Both the position numbers and the translations under genes were made by a program. Below are positions 59,001 through 64,000 of a stretch of 64,000 nt of DNA, piece by piece; positions within the stretch are counted from its first letter, which is position 1, and the number at the start of each line of letters is the position of its first letter. This DNA comes from an uncultured delta proteobacterium. Lineage in GTDB: Bacteria; Desulfobacterota; Binatia; UBA9968. Location of the stretch: assembly GCA_963767275.1 (NCBI GenBank), contig CAVYDL010000007.1:190420-254419 (forward strand). Reading direction: 5' to 3'. Under the pieces are notes generated by a model. The model did not search any database and was not told where the DNA came from. It saw only the letters and a program-made list of their open reading frames with translations.

Positions 59001-60093
59001 TGGCCGCAAGCTGCTGAAGATTCTACACGTCGATCCGGAACGGAACTGGGGTGGCGGGGAGGCACAAGTCTTTGGCTTGCTTTCCTACCTTGCTGCGCAG
59101 GGGCATCGTAACGATCTATTGACCCATCCGGAAGGCCGTTTGTTCGATGAAGCCCGCGGATTAACGGTGGACCTGTTGCCCTTGGTGGTACGCAACGATT
59201 TGGATCTGCGGGCGATCCCGAAGCTGCGCCGGCAGATCGCCGCGGCCAACTACGATGTGGTTCATCTCCACACCAAGAGAGCCCATGCCCTGTCTTTGTG
59301 GTTGCCGCGCGGCGACCCGAGTCCACGGTACGTCGTCACGCGCCGGATGGATTATGCTGAGAAAAAAAATTGGCGCACCCGCTGCCTATACAATCGCCGG
59401 GTCGATGGCGTGGTCGCGATCTCGCAAACCATCGTCGAGCTACTGGTCGTTGCCGGGGTGGAGCGGCGCAAGATTCGGCTGATTCATAGCGGTATCGACC
59501 CGAGCCGGTTTGCCGCCGCGCAATTGCCGCGGGACTCTGACCACGAGGTTATAAATGTGGGGTGTCTCGCTGTCCTGGAAGAGCGTAAGGGGATCGACTT
59601 CCTGCTCCAAGCGGCGGCGCGATTGCAATCTCAAGGAGTACGGCTCAACTGGCTGATCGGCGGGGACGGGTCTCAGCGCGGAGCCCTGGCAAGTAAAGCG
59701 CGGGCGCTTGGTCTCGACGAACGGGTAAACTTCCTAGGCTTCGTTTCCAAGCCTGAGGACTTTCTCGCGCGTATCGATATATTCGTCATGCCGTCGTTGT
59801 TCGAGGGCTTGGGGGTGGCGGCTCTGGAAGCGATGGCGGCGGGCAAACCAGTGGTTGCCACCAGAGTCGGTGGATTGGCCGAATCGGTGCTGGACGGACG
59901 AACGGGGATATTGGTCGCGCCGCGCGACAGCAGCGGGCTCGCCGATGCCATCGCCCGACTAGCCGGCGATCCGCCATTGGCGCAACGGATGGGATTGCAG
60001 GGCCGGCAGCGGGCGCTGGAAAAGTTCACCCTGACGCAAATGGCGGCGCAGAACGAAGCGTATTACTACGAATTATTAGAGATGGGAAATTAG
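58978..60093 (+). CDS. GT4 glycosyltransferase
   Basis: WGGGEAQ, RKG, EGLGVAALEAMA. Confidence 0.9.
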   Translation: MTTSGARDGRKLLKILHVDPERNWGGGEAQVFGLLSYLAAQGHRNDLLTHPEGRLFDEARGLTVDLLPLVVRNDLDLRAIPKLRRQIAAANYDVVHLHTKRAHALSLWLPRGDPSPRYVVTRRMDYAEKKNWRTRCLYNRRVDGVVAISQTIVELLVVAGVERRKIRLIHSGIDPSRFAAAQLPRDSDHEVINVGCLAVLEERKGIDFLLQAAARLQSQGVRLNWLIGGDGSQRGALASKARALGLDERVNFLGFVSKPEDFLARIDIFVMPSLFEGLGVAALEAMAAGKPVVATRVGGLAESVLDGRTGILVAPRDSSGLADAIARLAGDPPLAQRMGLQGRQRALEKFTLTQMAAQNEAYYYELLEMGN

Positions 60094-60115
60094 CGGCCGT
60101 CTCACTTTGCTTCGA

Positions 60116-61100
60116 ATGAACAGCCTCCTCGATATACTCGCAAGATTCAAAGGCGCGCATTTGTTGGTGGTCGGCGATCTGATGCTCGACCGTTTTGTTC
60201 TCGGCGATGTCGAGCGGTTGTCGCCGGAAGCGCCGGTGCCGGTACTGCGGGTGGTGTCCGAGGATCGCCGTCTCGGCGGCGCGGCGAACGTTGTCCACAA
60301 CATTCGCGCATTGGGCGGCCGGGTCACCGCCTGCGGCATTATCGGCAATGACGATGCCGGCAAGCGTATCCTCGCCATCCTGCGGCGCGTTGGCGCGTCG
60401 ACGGCTGGAGTCTTTACCGATCGCAAGTTTCAAACCATTCAGAAGAGCCGGATTATCGCCAGCCCGCACCACCAACAGATTGTCCGGCTCGACCGGGAGA
60501 GCCGCGAGCCGATTCACGGTGCGACGTTGAAACGGCTGCGCGAATTTATTCTCGATCGCGCTGCGGATTGCGACGGCGTCTTGATCTCGGATTACGGCAA
60601 GGGGGCGGTGCATGCCGAGCTGTTGTCGGCGCTTGCCGGTCAAGCGGGCAAACGAAAAATGCTCTATGTCGTCGATCCCAAGAAAGAAAATTTTCGCCAT
60701 TATCGATTTCCGACCTTGATTACTCCCAATAAAAGCGAAGCGCGCGGATGCCGCCGCCATCGACATCGACGATGACCGGACGCTGTTCGCTGCCGGGACA
60801 AAATTACTGCGCCTATGGCGTGCCCAAGGGGTATTGATTACTCGCGGCGCGGACGGCATGAGCTTGTTTCGGCCTCGTTCCAAGCCGCGCCATTTTCCCA
60901 CCGCGCCGCGCGAGGTTTTCGAGGTGACCGGCGCCGGCGATACGGTGGTGGCGGTGTGCGCGTTGGTGCTGGCCTGCGGCGGCGACTTTGCGGCCGCCGC
61001 GATGGTTGCCAACCTGGCGGCGGGGTTTGTCGGCGACGAAATCGGCACCGTGGCGGTGCCTTTCAAAAAGCTCAAGCAGAAGATCGAGGAGCTCACATGA
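60116..61100 (+). CDS. rfaE1: Heptose-7-phosphate kinase HldA/RfaE1 (frameshift near 60745)
   Basis: VGDLMLD, SPEAPVPV, GGAANV, SDYGKG, TPN; VTGAGDT in the next frame. Confidence 0.9.
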
Positions 61101-61957
61101 AAAGCATGACCGGCTATGGCGAGGCGTCGCAGAATATTCACGGCGCTCGAATCACCGTGCAGATCCGCAGCGTCAATCACCGCCATCTGGACCTGCAAGT
61201 GCGCACGCCGCGCGAGTATATGGCGTTCGAGGAGGAAATTCGCAAGCTCCTGCGCGAAAAAATCGCTCGCGGCCGCATCGATTTGTTCGTCAACCGCTAT
61301 GTGGCCAAAGGGCAAGCTCGCAAGCTCGAGATGGATGAGGCTCTGATCGGTCAATTTCTTTCGGGGGTCGCTCAGCTCAAGAAGAAGTACAAACTCGGCG
61401 GCGAAGTCGATGTCGCACTGGTTTCCAACATTCCCGATGTTTTCCATGTCCGCGAGCTTGAGATCGACAGCAAAGGCGAGCGCCAGGCGGTGCTCAAGGC
61501 GCTCAACGGCGCGCTCAAGAAACTCGAGCAGTCGCGCGAGCGCGAGGGTATTCATTTGCGCACCGACATGGAGGCCCAGATCGGTCATTTGCGAGAAATC
61601 GCCGCGGCTCTGGAAGCGCGCTCGCTTGAGACCGGAGCGCGCCAGTACAAGGGCGGCTGGCCGGATGGACAGAACGGCGAGCGGCCGGAGCGGAATATGC
61701 CGGAGGTTGCCACCGCGATAGCGAAAGGCGACATCAACGAGGAATTGGTTCGTTTAAAGACCCATGTCGTGGCGCTGGCCAAAGTCGTGCGCGAACGTGA
61801 ACCGGTGGGCAAAAAGGTCGACTTCATGCTCCAAGAGGTCAATCGCGAACTCAACACCATCACGTCCAAGGTGCCCTACCTGCCGGTTACCCAACTGGTG
61901 CTGCAAGGCAAAGAGCGGGTCGAGAAAATTCGTGAGCAAACCCAAAACATCGAATGA
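61097..61957 (+). CDS. yicC: YicC/YloC family endoribonuclease
   Basis: KSMTGYG, SVNHR, DINEE, QEVNRELNT, REQTQNIE. Confidence 0.95.
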   Translation: MKSMTGYGEASQNIHGARITVQIRSVNHRHLDLQVRTPREYMAFEEEIRKLLREKIARGRIDLFVNRYVAKGQARKLEMDEALIGQFLSGVAQLKKKYKLGGEVDVALVSNIPDVFHVRELEIDSKGERQAVLKALNGALKKLEQSREREGIHLRTDMEAQIGHLREIAAALEARSLETGARQYKGGWPDGQNGERPERNMPEVATAIAKGDINEELVRLKTHVVALAKVVREREPVGKKVDFMLQEVNRELNTITSKVPYLPVTQLVLQGKERVEKIREQTQNIE

Positions 61958-62604
61958 AACAGCGCGCACCTCAACTGCCTAAAAGGCAGGGGATTATATT
62001 TATTCTTTCGGCACCGTCGGGAGCCGGCAAGACGACCCTTTATAACGGGCTAAAAAAAAATTATCCGGATATTCAACTTTCGGTTTCCTGTACCACGCGC
62101 GCGCAGCGGCGCGGCGAGGTGCCGGGGCGAGACTATCGTTTTCTGAGCGAGGCCCGATTCGAGGCTTTGAAAAGCCGCGGTGAGTTCGCCGAATGGGCTC
62201 AGGTGCACGACTATCGCTATGGCACCCCGCGGAAGCCCATCGATCGCGCGATCAAGGCGGGCCGCGACATTCTGCTCGATATCGATGTCCAGGGAGCGCG
62301 CAAAATCAAAAAAGCTTACCCAGCGGCGGTGGCGGTATTCGTTTTGCCCCCGTCCATGGCCGAATTAGCGCGCCGCCTATCCCTGCGCGGCACCGATGAC
62401 CGCCGGGCCATCGAGCGGCGGCTGGCCAATGCTCGAGGTGAAATCGCCCAGAGAATCTATTATGATTACTATGTCGTCAATCACGATGTCGATCAGGCGG
62501 TGCGGGTGCTTGGCGGAATCGTCGAGGCCGAACGCTACAAGGTATCCAGGGTGACCGAGTGGCGGGTCAAACTGCTTCGGGCCAGTCGCCGCCGGCAATC
62601 ATGA
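61954..62604 (+). CDS. gmk: Guanylate kinase
   Basis: APSGAGKTT, TTR, YGTP, DIDVQG. Confidence 0.96.
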   Translation: MKQRAPQLPKRQGIIFILSAPSGAGKTTLYNGLKKNYPDIQLSVSCTTRAQRRGEVPGRDYRFLSEARFEALKSRGEFAEWAQVHDYRYGTPRKPIDRAIKAGRDILLDIDVQGARKIKKAYPAAVAVFVLPPSMAELARRLSLRGTDDRRAIERRLANARGEIAQRIYYDYYVVNHDVDQAVRVLGGIVEAERYKVSRVTEWRVKLLRASRRRQS

Positions 62605-64000
62605 GCAAAGATATCAAACTTCACGACCTGGTTGAAAAGGTCCAGGCTTACTTTCCCACCGCGGACGTCGATCTGATCCGCAAAGCCCACGATTTCTCGG
62701 CCAAAGTCCACACTGGGCAAAAACGTTTGTCCGGTGAGCCTTATCTGATTCACCCGATAGCGGTCGCCGATATCATCGCCGATTTGAAGCTCGACGTGCC
62801 GAGCATCGTCGGAGCTTTGCTGCACGACACGGTCGAAGACACTCTAACGACATTGGATGAGATTAAGAGTTCGTTCGGCCGCGAGATCGCCGACTTGGTC
62901 GACGGCGTCACCAAGTTGAGTCGCACCAACTATACGAGCCATGAGGAGAAGCAGGCGGAAAATTTCCGCAAGATGATTCTCGCCATGGGCAAGGACGTGC
63001 GCGTGATTCTCATCAAGCTCGCCGACCGGGTGCACAACATGCGCACGCTCGATCATATGCCGGCCGACAAACAAATTCTCACGGCGCAGGAGACCATGGA
63101 TATTTACGCGCCGCTGTCGCATCGCTTGGGCATAGCTTGGGTTAAAAGTGAGCTTGAAGACTTGTCGCTCAAGTATCTCCATCCGGAGATTTACTACCAG
63201 CTCAAACGCAATGTCGCCAAGAAAAAAACCGACCGGGAAAAGTATATTGACGAAGTGATCTCGGTAATCGGCAAAAAGTTGGAAGCCGAAGGGATCGACG
63301 CCGAAGTGACGGGCCGGCCCAAGCACTTCTACAGCATCTACCAAAAGATGGAGAGCCAGAACCTGCTTTACGATCAGATCTACGACCTGGTCGCTTTTCG
63401 TATTTTGGTCGACACGCCGCGGGAGTGTTATGAGACCTTGGGGGTGGTGCATGCGCAGTGGAAACCGGTGCCGACGCGCTTTAAAGACTACATCGCACTA
63501 CCCAAGCCCAACATGTATCAGTCCCTGCATACCACGGTGATCGGTCCCTACGGTGAGCGCATCGAGATCCAGATCCGCTCCCATGAGATGCATCGGGTCG
63601 CCGAGGAAGGAATCGCGGCGCATTGGCGCTACAAGGAGGGCGAGGCCTTTCAGGTGAGCGATATCCAGCGCTTCTCGTGGCTGCGCCAATTACTCGAGTG
63701 GCAGGAGAATTTGCAGGACCCGCAGGAGTTTCTTCACAGCCTTAAGGAAGACCTGTTTGCCGCCGGCATGTATGTCTTTACCCCGAAGGGCGATCTTTTA
63801 CACTTTCCGCGCGGCTCCACGGTTATCGATTTTGCCTACCGGATTCATACCGAGGTCGGCAACCGCTGTTCCGGCGCCCGCGTCAACGGCCAACTGGTGT
63901 CGTTAAAATATATACTGCGCAGCGGCGACACGGTGGAAATCATCACGACACCACAGCAAGTGCCGAGCCGTGAGTGGCTCAAGTGGGTGAAGACGCCGCG
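62601..64000 (+). CDS. spoT: Bifunctional (p)ppGpp synthetase/hydrolase, truncated by the window edge
   Basis: Hand reading from ATG 62601: SGEPYLIHP, LLHDTVED, KLADRVHNMRTL, FKDYIA.PK.N.YQSLHT, FTPKGD; absent from the ORF track. Confidence 0.95.
   Translation, partial: MSKDIKLHDLVEKVQAYFPTADVDLIRKAHDFSAKVHTGQKRLSGEPYLIHPIAVADIIADLKLDVPSIVGALLHDTVEDTLTTLDEIKSSFGREIADLVDGVTKLSRTNYTSHEEKQAENFRKMILAMGKDVRVILIKLADRVHNMRTLDHMPADKQILTAQETMDIYAPLSHRLGIAWVKSELEDLSLKYLHPEIYYQLKRNVAKKKTDREKYIDEVISVIGKKLEAEGIDAEVTGRPKHFYSIYQKMESQNLLYDQIYDLVAFRILVDTPRECYETLGVVHAQWKPVPTRFKDYIALPKPNMYQSLHTTVIGPYGERIEIQIRSHEMHRVAEEGIAAHWRYKEGEAFQVSDIQRFSWLRQLLEWQENLQDPQEFLHSLKEDLFAAGMYVFTPKGDLLHFPRGSTVIDFAYRIHTEVGNRCSGARVNGQLVSLKYILRSGDTVEIITTPQQVPSREWLKWVKTP

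Noticed and set aside
1-64000. tRNA, rRNA, tmRNA, SRP, RNase P, integrase or transposase genes
   Set aside because: No diagnostic motifs found by eye in the intergenic regions or ORFs; a covariance-model scan was not possible

Overview
High-GC bacterial chromosomal window. The expansions of TctC/Bug, NMT1/THI5 and amidohydrolase_2 genes plus deltaproteobacterial-type gene order suggest Candidatus Binatia or a relative (inference). Left ~20 kb is accessory: the start of a SIR2-domain gene running off the left edge, then a catabolic cluster (Rieske oxygenase, GMC oxidoreductase, TctBA, three TctC, amidohydrolases, DUF6282-like, two NMT1-type binding proteins). Its spacers carry several unrelated palindromic/MITE-like elements. 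An AT-richer patch of microproteins, ptrB and def follow. Middle: an Rrf2-led suf operon (sufC-sufD-sufS-sufU-sufT-DUF59) with no sufB, then a truncated globin, metF and lysS. Right ~35 kb: an envelope/LPS supercluster (lolE/D, bamA, skp, lpxD, fabZ, lpxA, lpxI, gnnA-like, lpxB, msbA, waaA, lpxK, gmhB, heptosyltransferases, three LPS kinases, GT2/GT4s, three methyltransferases, a sulfotransferase, hldA), then yicC-gmk-relA/spoT (truncated). Six genes are interrupted, always by extra bases, which points to sequencing error. No rRNA, tRNA, CRISPR array or intact transposase was seen. All calls are from motif recognition by eye, with no database search.
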